From positions 117,490,001 through 117,554,000 of the forward strand of contig OX597818.1 in NCBI GenBank assembly GCA_951406725.2: DNA of 64,000 bases. The letters are read 5' to 3'. Both the position numbers and the translations under genes were made by a program. Shown here one piece after another: positions 41,461-56,047 of this stretch; within the stretch, counting starts at the first letter, position 1, and the number at the start of each line of letters is the position of its first letter. The notes beneath the pieces were generated by a model. It had not been told where the DNA came from. It saw only the letters and a program-made list of their open reading frames with translations, and ran no database searches. The DNA comes from Octopus vulgaris. Taxonomy: Eukaryota.

Positions 41461-41568
41461 TTGGAACAGCTCTGAGCACAAAAGGCCAAATATTGTTGTA
41501 CAGAAGACATGCGATCTCTTCGTATCTAATTAGATTAGAACCAATACTGCAATATCCGAAGGAAATAT

Positions 41569-41957
41569 GAAGGAAGGAAGCACTCCGTCGGTAACGACGA
41601 CGAGGGTTCCGGTTGATCCGATCAACGGAACAGCCTGCTCGTGAAATTAACATGTAAGTGGCTGAGCACTCCAAAGACACGTGTACCCTTAACGTAGTTC
41701 TCGGGGATATTCAGCGTGACACGGAGAGTGACAATGCCGGCCTTTTGAAATACAGGTACAACAGAAACAGGAAGTAAGAGTGAGAGAAAGTTGTGGTGAA
41801 AGAGTACAGCAGGGATCACCACCATCCCTGCCGGAGCCTCGTGGAGCTTTAGGTGTTTTCGCTCAATAAACACTCACAACGCCCGGTCTGGAAATCGAAA
41901 CCGCGATCCTACGACTGCAAGTCCGCTGCCCTAACAACTGGGCCATTGCGCCTCCAC
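41569..41957 (-). mobile_element. SINE head C plus tail Y, full length with TSD
   Basis: Head near-identical to 34739; tail as in 40776/9611; TSD CCGAAGGAAATAT at 41556-41568 and 41958-41970. Confidence 0.93.
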
Positions 41958-41975
41958 CCGAAGGAAATATATATT

Positions 41976-42198
41976 AATAATGGTATTTATATAAGCCTAA
42001 AGCTTATAGCGATCATCGTGCAATGACTACGGAATATAGTCTAATAATGGGGCAGAAAAAGTAAGCTTTCCTACCCCAGGCGGGTAGAAAACCCTACTTG
42101 TTTCTTTTGAGGGATTGTATGCCCTTTAATTAGACAATTTTTCTTAGTCATTGCACGGTGATCGCTATAATCTTCAGGCTTATATAAATATCATTATT
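41976..42198. repeat. Hairpin/MITE-like element with arms of about 70 bp
   Basis: AATAATGGTATTTATATAAGCCT.AAG.TTATAGCGATCA.CGTGCAATGACTA mirrored at 42129-42198; central small hairpin CTACCC/GGGTAG. Confidence 0.82.
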
Positions 42199-42447
42199 AT
42201 TATTTACAAGATTGTAAAACCCTGCATCGTATAACAAAACCATTTGCACGGAAATATATATGTATACACCCTACAACTCGATAAAATAAGGTGAAACCTG
42301 TGGTCAATATGTGATCAATTTACTTCATCCCTTAAAATTTCTAGCCTTGTAACAAAATGTAATATCATTACTAACCTTAACCGTAATAGTATTTAGTTCT
42401 TCCCAATATATGCTACGCTTGTATCCATTACGTAATATTATACATAT

Positions 42448-42800
42448 AGGCGCAGGAGTTGCTTATAGGCGCAGGAGTGGCTGTGTGGTAAGCGGCTTGC
42501 TCACCAACCACATGGTTCCAAGTTCAGTCCCACTGCATGACACCTTGGGCAAGTGTCTTCCTCTCTAGTCTCGGGCCGACCAAAGTCTTGTGACAATTTT
42601 TAAATATGAACAAATGACCGAAAAATGATGAGCTAACCTCAGGCTGAATCGAACTCACAAATCGACGCTTTCATGGCTCCTTGCGAATCGGATTGGCCAA
42701 ACTCTCACCCATCAGTTTCAGTCAACTTTAGTTAATATATACTCCGTAAGTCGCAAAGCCTACCGGGTTTGATTATAAAAATATTATTCATGCAGTTATG

Positions 42801-42832
<32 letters not shown>

Positions 42833-43100
42833 TGTATGTATGTATGTATGTATGTATGTATGTATGTATGTATGTATGCATGTATGTATGTATGTTTGTG
42901 TGTCTGTGTTTGTCACGCCACCATCGCTTGACATCCGATGTTGGTGGGTTTACGTACCCATAAATTAGCAGTTCCGCAAAAGAGACCGATAAAATACAAC
43001 ATAGGGTTACAAAGAATAAGTACTGGGGTCGATTTCTTCGACTAAAGGCGGTGCTCCGGCATGGCCGCGCTCAAACGACTAAAGCAAATAAAAGAATTAA
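42448..43100 (+). mobile_element. SINE family A with duplicated 5' end, interrupted by about 200 bp of unrelated sequence
   Basis: ATAGGCGCAGGAGT twice; 5' half to 42592; 3' half resumes after (TATG)n at about 42895. Confidence 0.85.
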
Positions 43101-43635
43101 AAGTATATATATATATATATATATATATTCGTGTGAGAGTATATGTATATGTGTATATGCGCGGTTTTCTGTGTGTATGCCTATGTTTTTGCTTGTGTAT
43201 ACGTGTGCGATTCTGTGTTTATATGTGTTCATATATATACACGAAATTTGTATACTGCGCTCTTTGTAATATTTCTTTCAAGTCGTAGACGTGTGAGAAT
43301 GAGGATGTTGTGTAGTTCAGGTTTTCTTTTCTTTTTTTTTTGCTTAGTATATCTCTTTTATAATCACAAATTGTGTAAATGGCATGACTGAGAAGTTAAA
43401 AAGCCATCATCCAAGACATTGTCTGTTCTCTGTGAACTTCTTGGCCATATTTGTAGTTTCCATAACAAACACACAAATACACACATATTTACATGAACGT
43501 ATATCACAGAGACAAGCCAACATACAAAGGAACATTTTCATACACGTCTGGCACTCACACACTCATCGCTTATACTTACGGATATATTAGAAAAGACTAA
43601 ATAAGACATACACATTTCGAAAGATACATTCTTGC

Positions 43636-43971
<336 letters not shown>

Positions 43972-44522
43972 ACGTACCAATACGTACTTACAAGCGTATA
44001 ACCTCTCCTTCACGCAATCATGCAAATACATCTACAAATGTTTTTATGCGTGGGTAGGGTCATATTCCTGTCGTTCATTCGTCACGTTTAAGGGTACATT
44101 TCGTTATTGCTCTCTACACATCATTGTTAAAGAGTTCCTACTTCTGATGCGTCTGTTTGTGCTTTTTTACTTAATTCTGGCTCCATACTCTCGCAACCTT
44201 CCTCTTACTGCTACTTTCGGGGTCCTTCTCCTCCTTCTCCTTCGTCTGTTGAATGTTGGCGGTGCTGACGTAGTAGGAAGCGGTGTTGTTATTTTGCTCA
44301 GAAACAATGGATTGACGATATTATCTACTCTACATTCTTTTATATAAATACATATCTTCCATTCCTATTTTCTTCCTCATTCTGTTTTATTTTTTTTTTA
44401 TTTTTTCGTGGTTTTTAATATATAATGATTAATTGTTTACCGTATCCTTTGTTTAATACACATAAATGTATATGTACCTATTAAATTATCTTTCTATCTA
44501 TCTATATATCTATCTCACCCTC

Positions 44523-44602
<80 letters not shown>

Positions 44603-45645
44603 CATATATATATATACATATTTATATGTGTGTGTATATCTATCTAACTATCTATGTGCATATGCATACAAACATACATACATGCATACGTACCAACATA
44701 CCTACGTACACACACACATATTGTGAGAAAGAGAAGCGAGAAATTACTTATAGGAAGGCGTGGGTGGTTGGTGTGGGGATATATTTTTTGTATTTGGGTG
44801 TGGACTGATTCTTGTAAACAAGTTTTTATGAAGTGATACGAAATTTTTCCACAGCTCACGCACACATTCCCTCTGTCTTTTTCTATTTATGTAACTGTCT
44901 CTTTCTATACTTATCGTTCTATCCTTTGTATATATGTTCGGAACCTTATAAGGTTCTGTATACGCATACAGATATACACATATTCACACACATATCATAC
45001 ATACATATAAACACATCTATGAATTTTACATGTGCATGCTTATGTGAAGTAAAGGATGTATGCGTTTGTGTGTTCAAGCGTGTGTGCTTTTTAAGCTATG
45101 TCTGCTTTTGAAAATGTATGCTTATCTGTGAGAGGAACCTTGTCTGATTATATGCATTCACCACTCTCATGCACATGCATACACATATATAAACTCACGT
45201 ATGCATATATTGAAATCTCTCTTTCTTTCTCTGTCTGTCTATGTGTCTCTTTCTCTCACACTCTCATTCAAACATCTACGTACAAACACCGATAAAATAG
45301 ATATAGTATTATATACCATCTTGTGCAAAGCCCAATGTCTAACTATTCGCACTTGTTTACATATATCACCACCTAACTGGAAATTACCGGAAGCAAATTG
45401 TCATTACTTAACAAGCTCTGAATTCATTGTTAGAAACCATCGTCTCAAAAAATGATAAATGTGAAAGAAGTTCCCAACATAATGTCCATTGTAATTTTGT
45501 TACCAAATACTCTGCATGGTAGTTTGTACGTTTCGCAAACATTAATACAGATTCTACGAAACAATGAATCTATCGATAGGATTTGAAAGTGTAGTTAAAC
45601 TTTGTCGAAAATTACGTAAGTCAAAATTGAATTACGCAAGACAAA

Positions 45646-45983
45646 TTCTGAGACGCCCTTCGGTCATGACTGACCGTGGGATTGCACCTAGAAAGTTACT
45701 CTCCCAGGCAAAAGTCCGGGCAAGGTTGTTTATAGAAGACCAGCAGTCACCCATGCATACCGGCCTACCCTCTCCACACCACTGATGTTATCCAAGGGAA
45801 AGGGAAAGGCCGATACAGCTTGGCAGTAATGATGTCGCAACTCATTTCTACAGCTGAGGGAACTGGAGCAACGTGAAATAAAGTGTCTTGCTCATGAACA
45901 CAGCACGCAACTCGGTCTAGGATTCGAGCTCACAACCTCACTATCGTAAGCTCGCCGCTCTAACCACTGAGCCAAGCGCCTTC
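45646..45983 (-). mobile_element. SINE head B plus tail W, full length with TSD
   Basis: Reverse-complement homologue of 12921-13263; TSD ACGCAAGACAAA at 45634-45645 and 45984-45995. Confidence 0.92.
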
Positions 45984-46143
45984 ACGCAAGACAAAGAGTA
46001 AGTCAATATTGAATTATATAGTCACGGATCCATTGTTTAAAGGACAATGTAATCTTAGATATATTATATTTTAATATAAGATGGCATTTTTGTCGTTGAA
46101 ACATTTTTGTGGATATACTGTATCAAAATTTTAATTATTACTA

Positions 46144-46537
46144 TTTTACTCTTTTACTTGTTTCAGTCATTTGACAGTGGCCATGATGGAGCACCGCCAT
46201 TCGTCGAGCAAATCGACCCCAGTACTTATTCTATCGGTGTCTTTTGCCGAACCGCTAAGTTACGGTGACGTAAACACACTAGCATCGGTTGTCAAGCGAT
46301 GTTGGGGGGACAAACACACACACACACAAACATGCACACAAACACACACACATACACATATATATATATGTACATATATACGACGGGCTTTTTTCAGTTT
46401 CCGTCTACCAAATCCACTCACAAGGCTTTGGTCGGCCCTAGGCTACAGTAGAAGACAGTCTCCCGAGGTGCCACGTAGTGGGACTGAATCCGGAACCATG
46501 TGGCTGGTAAGCAAGCTACTTACCACACAGCCACTCC
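46144..46537 (-). mobile_element. SINE family A
   Basis: Tail, central (CA)n and head present; small internal deletion. Confidence 0.92.
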
Positions 46538-46829
46538 TACTGAATAAAAAGGAATTTAGGAACGCCATTGTAAATAACCATGAGGTATTGCAATGAATTA
46601 TGTAATGTGAATTGCGATATACAACAACAGGAACCTGTGATAATATACCTCGGCCTCTAGTTTGGCAGCTTAAAAGGACTATTGGTACTGGGTTTCAAAT
46701 TCATCGATTCATCAGAGAAATCCACCCTCTTCAGGCTGGTTTGAATGGTGACCGCGAGTTGAAGGGAATTCACGTTGTTGGTGAGTTCCTTCCTATATCT
46801 ATGTCTGTCTATCTATCTATCTATCTATA

Positions 46830-46904
<75 letters not shown>

Positions 46905-46905
46905 A

Positions 46906-46942
<37 letters not shown>

Positions 46943-46956
46943 CTCTCTCTCTCTCA

Positions 46957-47000
<44 letters not shown>

Positions 47001-47807
47001 ATATATATATATATATATATGTAAGCATATATATATATGTATGTATATATATATATATATATATAATGTTTCTGTGTGTGTGCATGTTTATTATCAACAA
47101 AAACACGCAGGCGGAAAATAGAAATACTTGTTGCATACGTTCTTTTTCTTTTCGTTATCACAGCTACTTAGTTCCTTGTAATTGGTATAGAGGATTCACC
47201 ACACCCAGTGGGAGGAAAGTTTTATACACGCACATATTTATATCTATATATATATATACAATCATATATATATATATATATATATGACTTAGGCAGCGTG
47301 ATACAAATAGTCTGGTGAGAAAGCTCAATATACATATGCATCAGGAACTAAGTGTTAGTCGCTACAGTGCCTAACAAGATGCAATTCACTCGTAGTTGAA
47401 TGTATGACATTATATCTTGAACGGAACCGTGGTCCGTGGCAGTGTGTCCCATGTAGTGGTAAGACGACTGGAGCAACGGGATATGAATTTTTTAGCTGAA
47501 GAACTCAACATACCTCCTAAGTCAGTGATATTTTGAAATGTTTTAACTGAGGAAGGCATCAAGGATGTGTTATAGATGCATTTCCTACTATATATTACAC
47601 AAACATAAAAGCTACGCATTAAGTGATTGCTAAATATAAAATTTTTGCCTTCATTATAACTTATACGGCTGAACTTCAGTGCAAAATATCCGGTCCAAAC
47701 TACACATACGTAGAGGCTTTAACAGTGATTTGGAGCAGTTTGTCACAATCAACTCGAATCGAAAATACTAGTGCTATGCACCGCTGTTAAGCGTAGCAAG
47801 ATATATG

Positions 47808-47937
<130 letters not shown>

Positions 47938-48220
47938 TGTATATCGTTACTATTATGCGAAGTGTCATAAGTTCGAAACGTTGCTTTTTCAGAAAACGAA
48001 AAAATATTTTGACCATTCCATTTCTTTTTACATTAGCAAAACCGTTGTACTATGGCAACTTTTATATCCTGGCATCTCAAGCTGCTGGAGATACGATAGT
48101 TTGACCAAAAGAACCGGCTCTTGCAGGGAAAAATTAATATTGAAGAAAAAACGCATTTGGCCAAATGTGAACATGCGACAGTTTATCATAATAGCAACGG
48201 TATATATATATATATATTTT

Positions 48221-48622
48221 TTTAGTTTCAGCTCAGAGCTATGGCCATGCTGGAGCACCGCTATCTTGCTACACTGTTATTACTGAGAGCCTCCCCTAAT
48301 ATGTGTCCCTTTGTAAAGAATGGAGTTTGATGTAGCTACCCTCATTTGTACCTCTTGCCGTAAAGTAGGTTAATCCGGGACTCTCAACAGGAAGACATCC
48401 AGACTTGATTTTAAAACGCCTACAACTACTTTCTACAGGTTCCTCTGGCTCTTTGGAAGAATACTGAAAAGCTGTGGGCCCCTGAAACCCAGGATGTTGC
48501 GGTAACTGTTCCTGAAGCATTTTGACATTGCTGGGATCTTTGGCTCTATACAATGTCAACCCGTTCTAGCATTGGTGTAACCTTCAATGCTAAAATTTGG
48601 CACAATTCCTTCCAAGATCTTA
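48221..48622 (-). mobile_element. 3' end of a CR1/L2-group LINE
   Basis: Minus-strand translation [60 protein letters not shown], then 3' UTR ending GCGGTGCTCCAGCATGGCCATAGCTCTGAGCTGAAACTAAA. Confidence 0.85.
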
Positions 48623-48663
48623 CACACACACACAGATACAGACACACACACACACACACACAT

Positions 48664-48733
<70 letters not shown>

Positions 48734-48971
48734 ATGTGTGTGTGTGTGTATATACATATATACATACATATATATTTTTTGAGTCTATGATGTAAGTTAT
48801 AGAATGAAGTTCGACAAATTCAACCCTATCTTTTATAAATGGAGATTTTGAGATAGGGGTTGTAAATGCAACCCTCCATGGGATAACATACATCCAATGT
48901 GATTGAGTATTATCTGGTAATTGATATTTGATTTCGATGTATTTCTCCATTTTCTTATTTTGTATATATAC

Positions 48972-49100
<129 letters not shown>

Positions 49101-49857
49101 CATATATATACATACATATATATATCTATATATATGTAAATACACATACATACACTCTCACTGCATACATAAATATACAAATATATTAGTATAATATAAA
49201 TGCAATCATTCTATCATATTACCTGTGTATCTAATGTCTGCAATCGCATGCATTGGCAAGAAAAGAAGACGAAATATGCAAGAATATTTTTTCCAAAGTA
49301 ACCTAAACGATTAACAGTATTACATGTCGATTCATTATGAATATTGGCATTATGTTACATCATAATAGATTCGGATCACTACCTGTTTGCGTAATCTCAA
49401 TTGGTCACCGCGATATACAAAAAGTTAACCCACACAATTTTAGCTATGTATTAAGGACGTGATGCTTGAACGTATCCTATCATTTCTGCTAAACACCCAC
49501 TAACTACTATTTGAATCCGCTTCAATGTAAAGCAACCGGCCTAACGTGTAAACAATTAAGTACATGTCTATCTGAAATTAAATTTCCTGTTCGAAAAGAT
49601 GAAACATCTGGTTGACGAGGGGAAAAACTAATATAACTATTGACCTTTATTGACCAGAGTCCATTATCAATGAATCCTACACGATTTACGAGAATGCATA
49701 TAAGTGTGTGTGTGAGTTACTGTGTGCTAATGCGCACGCAAACACAAACTCACACACACATATGTATTATATAAGCATATATATATATATGTATATATAT
49801 ATATTTATATATATATATATGTATATATATGTATATATATATATGTATATATATATG

Positions 49858-49889
<32 letters not shown>

Positions 49890-49959
49890 CATATGTATAT
49901 ATATATATGTATATATATATATGTGTATATATATTTATATGTATATATGTATATATATT

Positions 49960-49994
<35 letters not shown>

Positions 49995-50034
49995 ACATAT
50001 TTATATATATATATATGTATACATATTTATATAT

Positions 50035-50068
<34 letters not shown>

Positions 50069-51064
50069 ATACATATATATATACATATATATATAGATAT
50101 ATATATATATATATATATATATCTAAATATATATGTACTTAGTAATTAAATATATAAATGAGTGGTAATAAATATTACCTGTTCATTGGTGAAGTTAATT
50201 GAATTCTGTACCGGTACATCTGACATGCAAACATCTGATGTGTGCAGTAAATATATGTGCGACATCTAAAAGCAATATAGTATATCTAGTTTGCATCCTT
50301 TGTTTGCTGGTATATGAATGAATTCTATATCTAATAAAGAATATCCACACGATACTTTGTCCTTTATGATTAATAAATATAGCAAATGTTTTTTTTGTTA
50401 TTTTTACATTTTGAAATTTTTTTTATTTACTTTTGCTGATTGAGAAAACAGAGAATATTTTTTATGGTGTCTCCATACTGCAGGTGGATTATTTTTGTCA
50501 TCTCAGATTTATGCATGAGTCTATTAACGGAGACTGTGTTTGTTATGTAGGCATGATCTTCTAAATCATTATTCTCTGCAGTTATCCAATGAAGTGACAA
50601 TTCATACGCATCCTCGTCGATACAGGCAAGACACAAAGGCGTTGTGCTCGCTGAATCATTTCAGTGTCGGACAAAATGTGCTGCGCCATTTATTGCGACT
50701 ATACAATCTGAGTTCAAGTACAGCCCCTTGTTCTAAGCCTGGTACTTATTCTACCGTCCTTTTCATTGATCTACTAGATTATAAGAACATAATTAAATCC
50801 GAACCGTCGTCAAACGGTCGCGAAGAAAAAGCCCTGACACAAAGACATTCCTGTCTGCCTGCCTCTCAGTCTGTCTGTCTGTCTGTCTGTCTGTCTGCCT
50901 GCCTGTCTCTCTGTCTCTCTGTCTGTCCGTGTATATATGTATCTTTCTATCTACCTATACATATATACATATATATATACATACATATATAGATATATTG
51001 ATAAAAACGGTAAGATAACGAAAGAAAGAAAGAGACGAACGTACGTATATGCATTATTTTTTTG

Positions 51065-51362
51065 TTCCTTCTCGAGCCACGCCTAGATCATAAGGGCCGG
51101 TTTCCCGGTTCCCTCGGCGTATAGGTTTCCCCACCTGGACGGGACGCCGGTCCGTTGCAGGTGAGCTACAAGATGCAGGAGGAAAGAGTGAGAGAAAGTT
51201 GTGGCGAATGAGTCTGCAGAAGTTCGCCATTACCTTCTGCCGGATCCACGTGGAGCTTAGGTGCTTCGCTCATAATCACACACATCGCCCGGTCTGAAAT
51301 TCGAACCCGCGATCCCTCGACCGCGAGTCCGCTGCCCTAACCACTACGCCATGTGCCTCCAC
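51065..51362 (-). mobile_element. SINE head C-related plus tail Z
   Basis: Head ...GAGTCCGCTGCCCTAACCACT..GCCATGTGCCTCCAC as in family C; tail CCGGTTTCCCGGTT...CTGGACGGGACGCC shared with 56048. Confidence 0.88.
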
Positions 51363-52841
51363 TATATGTATCATTGGCTGAGATAAATATATTCTCTAAT
51401 TGAGAGCCGAATCTTGGGTTGTTCTCGGAAGCAAGAAAACTTACTGATATCATATATGTATGGCCTTTTGTGGAAGCATGTATTATTTTAGACCGACATT
51501 TGAATATCATAATAACATTGTTTCAAATGCATACTATTTAAAAATACGAATGATTTCTTACTAACCCGGAAATTAATTTATTCACCGATTTTCAATTTAT
51601 ATAAATTATATTGCGTGTTCTGTTTCGTAAATGAAGTAATTACGAATATTGCTTTTTCTTTTTGTTCAAGAAATCGAATCTTTGATGGAATTTACTTTAT
51701 TGTGTGATGATGCTAAATATATATATACCTAACAAACGCTTTCTTATGCGAGCTTCTGGAAATATGGGAGATGTTACGAGAAAATGTTTTATTTTGTAAT
51801 AGTATATTTTGGAATTAAATCTGAAAATGATTAATTTTCAATTTTTGTTTAACAACAGGTTGAAATGTATGTACAAGAATGATTTCAAGTGAGAAATGAA
51901 TTTTTAATAACAAATCAATGCTGATTGGGTGAGCAAATATGAGTATGAGCATTTTAAATAAGGCTGAATGGCAAATTAATCATCGTGGAATGATTTTGTA
52001 TAATAATTTTAAAGAAGAGTTACTGCACGTAAACATGATCATTCTTCACAACAGAAAGGTGAAAAAAATAGAAGAAATGTGAAATTCAATGCAAAGAGGG
52101 AACAAAGGGGAAAACCACGGAAGATTAATGTAACAGTAGAAACAAATAAACCAGTCAGCAAGCAATAAATTTGAAAAAAGTGATAATACACATTTAGGAA
52201 AACAAAGAATAATGGCTGAAGTGGAGAAAAACATGGCACAGCAAATGGAAAGAAAGTAAAGAAAGGTAATAGGTAATTTAACGAAGAAAATGAAAAATAA
52301 AGAAAAAGTATCATGAGGAAATAAAAGAAACTGAAAATATAAAATTTAATAAAAACTGAAAACGGGGAAGCCGGACTTGGTTCATGGAAATTACGCGGAA
52401 AACGTGTGGGAGTTGTGAAAAAAAAAGACGTGACGACGAATGCTTTTGAGAATATTTTTAAAGAAAAAATACGAAGGAAGAAAAACATGAAAAACATATA
52501 CAAAGAAAAGAAATACAAAAAGAGAATATTCGTCGTGTGAAAATAAGAAAGCCTGAGACATATTCAATTGTTGTCGGGGAATGAACAGGATGGATATACA
52601 AGATGTTAAATGATGTGTATGCTGTTTTCTTTTTTGTGCATATAAGTTCGGATTGTTGGCAGTATGTTTTACAATCAATGGCTCAGAGAACAGAACAGTG
52701 GTTACAAAAACGTTCAATGACAAAGCTCAGTTAGAATTTCTGGTCACAGGATAATATTTTTCTGCACAATCTCTTGTTCACTCAATGTCTTTTGATGTAT
52801 AAATATACATAAACTCACATTACTAGCTTACATACTTATAT

Positions 52842-52883
<42 letters not shown>

Positions 52884-52904
52884 AACATGCATATATACAT
52901 ACAT

Positions 52905-53155
52905 ATATGGGTACAGGACACCAAAAATTCGTCGAACACAATGAGAAACGAAAACAAACACAAATCCAAGGAAATGGACATTTTTCTTAAACAACGAAAA
53001 AAAATATGAAAAAAATAGAGTACAAGACATACAACACAAGGAAAATTCACCTTCCTCAGCCGCCTCTGCTTCAACTACTCCGCGTTTCGAAGGTAAAGGC
53101 GAGATACGACTTCGTTGAAACAGTCTTTCCCGCGAAAGCAGAATAAATCAAATTT
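52905..53155 (-). mobile_element. PLE-like terminal repeat carrying the permuted hammerhead
   Basis: Homologous to 62598-62830 (GTACAGGACA...AACGAAAA...AGAGTACAAGACA..CAA.ACAAGGAA); abuts an AT/AC microsatellite. Confidence 0.7.
53046..53123 (-). ncRNA. Non-circularly permuted hammerhead ribozyme candidate, copy 1
   Basis: Minus strand: CTGTTTCAAC-GAAGT-CGTAT-C-TCGCCT-TTA-CCTTC-GAA-ACGCG-GAGTA-GTTGAAGCAG-AGGCGG-CTGAGGA-AGGTGAA; stems covary with copy 2. Confidence 0.65.
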
Positions 53156-53259
53156 TCGATTTTTTATTTATTAATTATATATTTATTAATTTGTTATTAT
53201 ATGACGGAACGCACGCATCCATTTCTAAGTAAGTTTTATCTTAATATACATATACATAC

Positions 53260-53690
<431 letters not shown>

Positions 53691-54720
53691 ATACATATAT
53701 ATATATGACACATATCTAAAAGAAAAGGTATGTATTTATATGTACACACACACACATGCTGTTAACACATCGCTAAACCCCAAAATATTTTGACGGTATA
53801 GACTTCCACATATATACAGAATCAGCTAAAACCATCGTTGAGACCAACATATCTAGAACACTGAACAACAAGAAAGAGTAAATTCTGCACATATTTTGCA
53901 ATATATTTTTTCGACAGCCTTGTTATGAAGTCGATTTATATTATTACGCAATTAACGTACCTAATTTTTAATTAAAAGAGTGATGGTTTACTCATCTCGT
54001 GGTTGTCTTGTAAACGTTAATTAACCTAGAACGCATTTGCCAGTGAGTCTAATTTTTCTTTTTACAGCGATAACTGAAAAAAAATTGTGTTAACAGTATT
54101 AGGGGTTTTATCTCGTTTTGAAAGGATGAACACTGAATTAGGTTACAAGTTAAGAATATAATTTATGTAGTGTTGTTTTTAATTTTCATTTCCGCTGGAT
54201 TATTTGTATTGTATTATAAAATTTAGTTTGTAGAGTCACCGCTTTCCTTGCTGACATTATTTAATATGTGTTTAAGAGGAGTGTTTGCCAGCCTTGCTTA
54301 AATGTATTCAGGCGATTCAAAACTGTTCACTTTTGATCTCTCTCTTTAGCTGTTAATGGCTTTAACATATTTTCCTCCGTAGCGAACGTTAATTTTTTCG
54401 TAATTTGGTTTTTTTAATTATGGATTCGCTCCATTATTATAAAAATACATAAATCTTTCTCGTCAGGTTTCCTTTTCGTTGATGCTCTCGCTTGTTTTTT
54501 CTCGTTCTGATTCTTATTGTTTCCTACACAGGCGTCCTGCTAAAGTGGACCTATGTTCAACATGTTCCAGGCGTGACCATCCCGAGCATTCTCTTTTAGA
54601 AGTAAAATGTATACGGGACCTAGAAATAGAATACATCATTGCCTGTCATTTTCCTTTTCTCATAACCAACAATACTTACATTTAACTTTTACGATGTGTT
54701 CCTTCTTTTTCTTCGATACC

Positions 54721-54921
54721 CTCTTTTACTTGTTTTAGTCATTTGACAGTGGCCATGCTGGAGCACCGCCTTTAGTCGAGCAAATCGACCCCAGAACTTA
54801 TTCTTTGTAAGCCTAGTACTTATTCTATCGGTCTCTTTTGCCGAACCGCTAGGTTACGGGGACGTAAACATACCAGCATCGGTTGTCAAGCGATGTTGGG
54901 GAGACAAACACAAACATACAA

Positions 54922-54961
<40 letters not shown>

Positions 54962-55249
54962 ACATACATATACATATATACTACGGACTACTTTCAGTTT
55001 CCGTCTACCCAATCTAGTCACAAGGCTTTGGTCGACCCGAGGCTATAGTAAAAGACAGTTACCCAAGGTGCCACGCAGTTGGACTGAACCCGGAACCACG
55101 TGGCTGGTAAGCAAGCTTCTTGCCACACAGCCACTCCTGCATCTATTGGCTATAATAGAAGACAGTTGGCCAAAGTGCAACGCAGTGGGACTGAACCCGG
55201 AACCATGCGGTTGGTAAGCAAGATACTTACCACACACCCTCTCCTACGC
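54721..55249 (-). mobile_element. SINE family A with a tandem second head (about 55150-55249)
   Basis: Full copy 54721-55140, then a repeated GCTATA.TAGAAGACAGTT..CAA.GTGC.ACGCAGT.GGACTGAACCCGGAACCA segment. Confidence 0.92.
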
Positions 55250-56047
55250 CGATGTCAATTTTCTCAAACCAAAATATTTTCAATTACAACTTTTACATCT
55301 TTTATCTGACATAATGTATCTAAGATTGCACCAAATTACCAACTACAATATACGGGGTTTCTGACAGTAAATGGTAAGAACGTAGCTGAACTATATTAAA
55401 GAAATTTGTTGCCGAATTCACTAAATTTACCTCAAAGCCTCTACCAGCTTAGTAAAAAGAAAATAACTAATGTCGTTTCGTGTGTACTTATCACGTGTTA
55501 AAGATAGGGTGGCTACGGTTAGAATGTCTGAACAGGGGGATGCTCCATTGTAGTTGACCAGTAGTTGCACGTTCTTTAGTCAAATGTCAAGAGTTATTAT
55601 TTTGGAGGAAGTGGGTAGGAATAAATGAAACACCAGAAATATATAAATGTGCCAGATGATTAAAGTATATGCTTTCACACATTAATCTCGGTTTTGTACT
55701 GTTGACAGGAGTCAATACATATGAAAAATATACACAGACTTAAATTCATTTCAAGCAAGCAAAAGGACAGCTCTGATGTCAATTTACCTGCTATGATGAG
55801 CAGCAGATTTATTATTCATTCAAAATATGCTATTTGAAAACACAAAGTATATGTTTTAGAAAATGTAGTGTATATCAGAGGATGCCTTCGAAACAGACGT
55901 TACGACAGTTTTGATTATTACATTGGCTGAAGAAAATGGTCGAGGGGTTAGATATAGCAATATAGACCTCGATACATTGTGCGTCAGTATGAGGCGTATA
56001 GGCAGAAAATAGCTTGAGATGTTAGATATATGAAAAAAATAATAAAT

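Noticed and set aside
46684-46735. Minus-strand CTGATGA...GAAACCCAGTA motif
   Set aside because: Core words are present but stems I and II do not pair convincingly; single copy.
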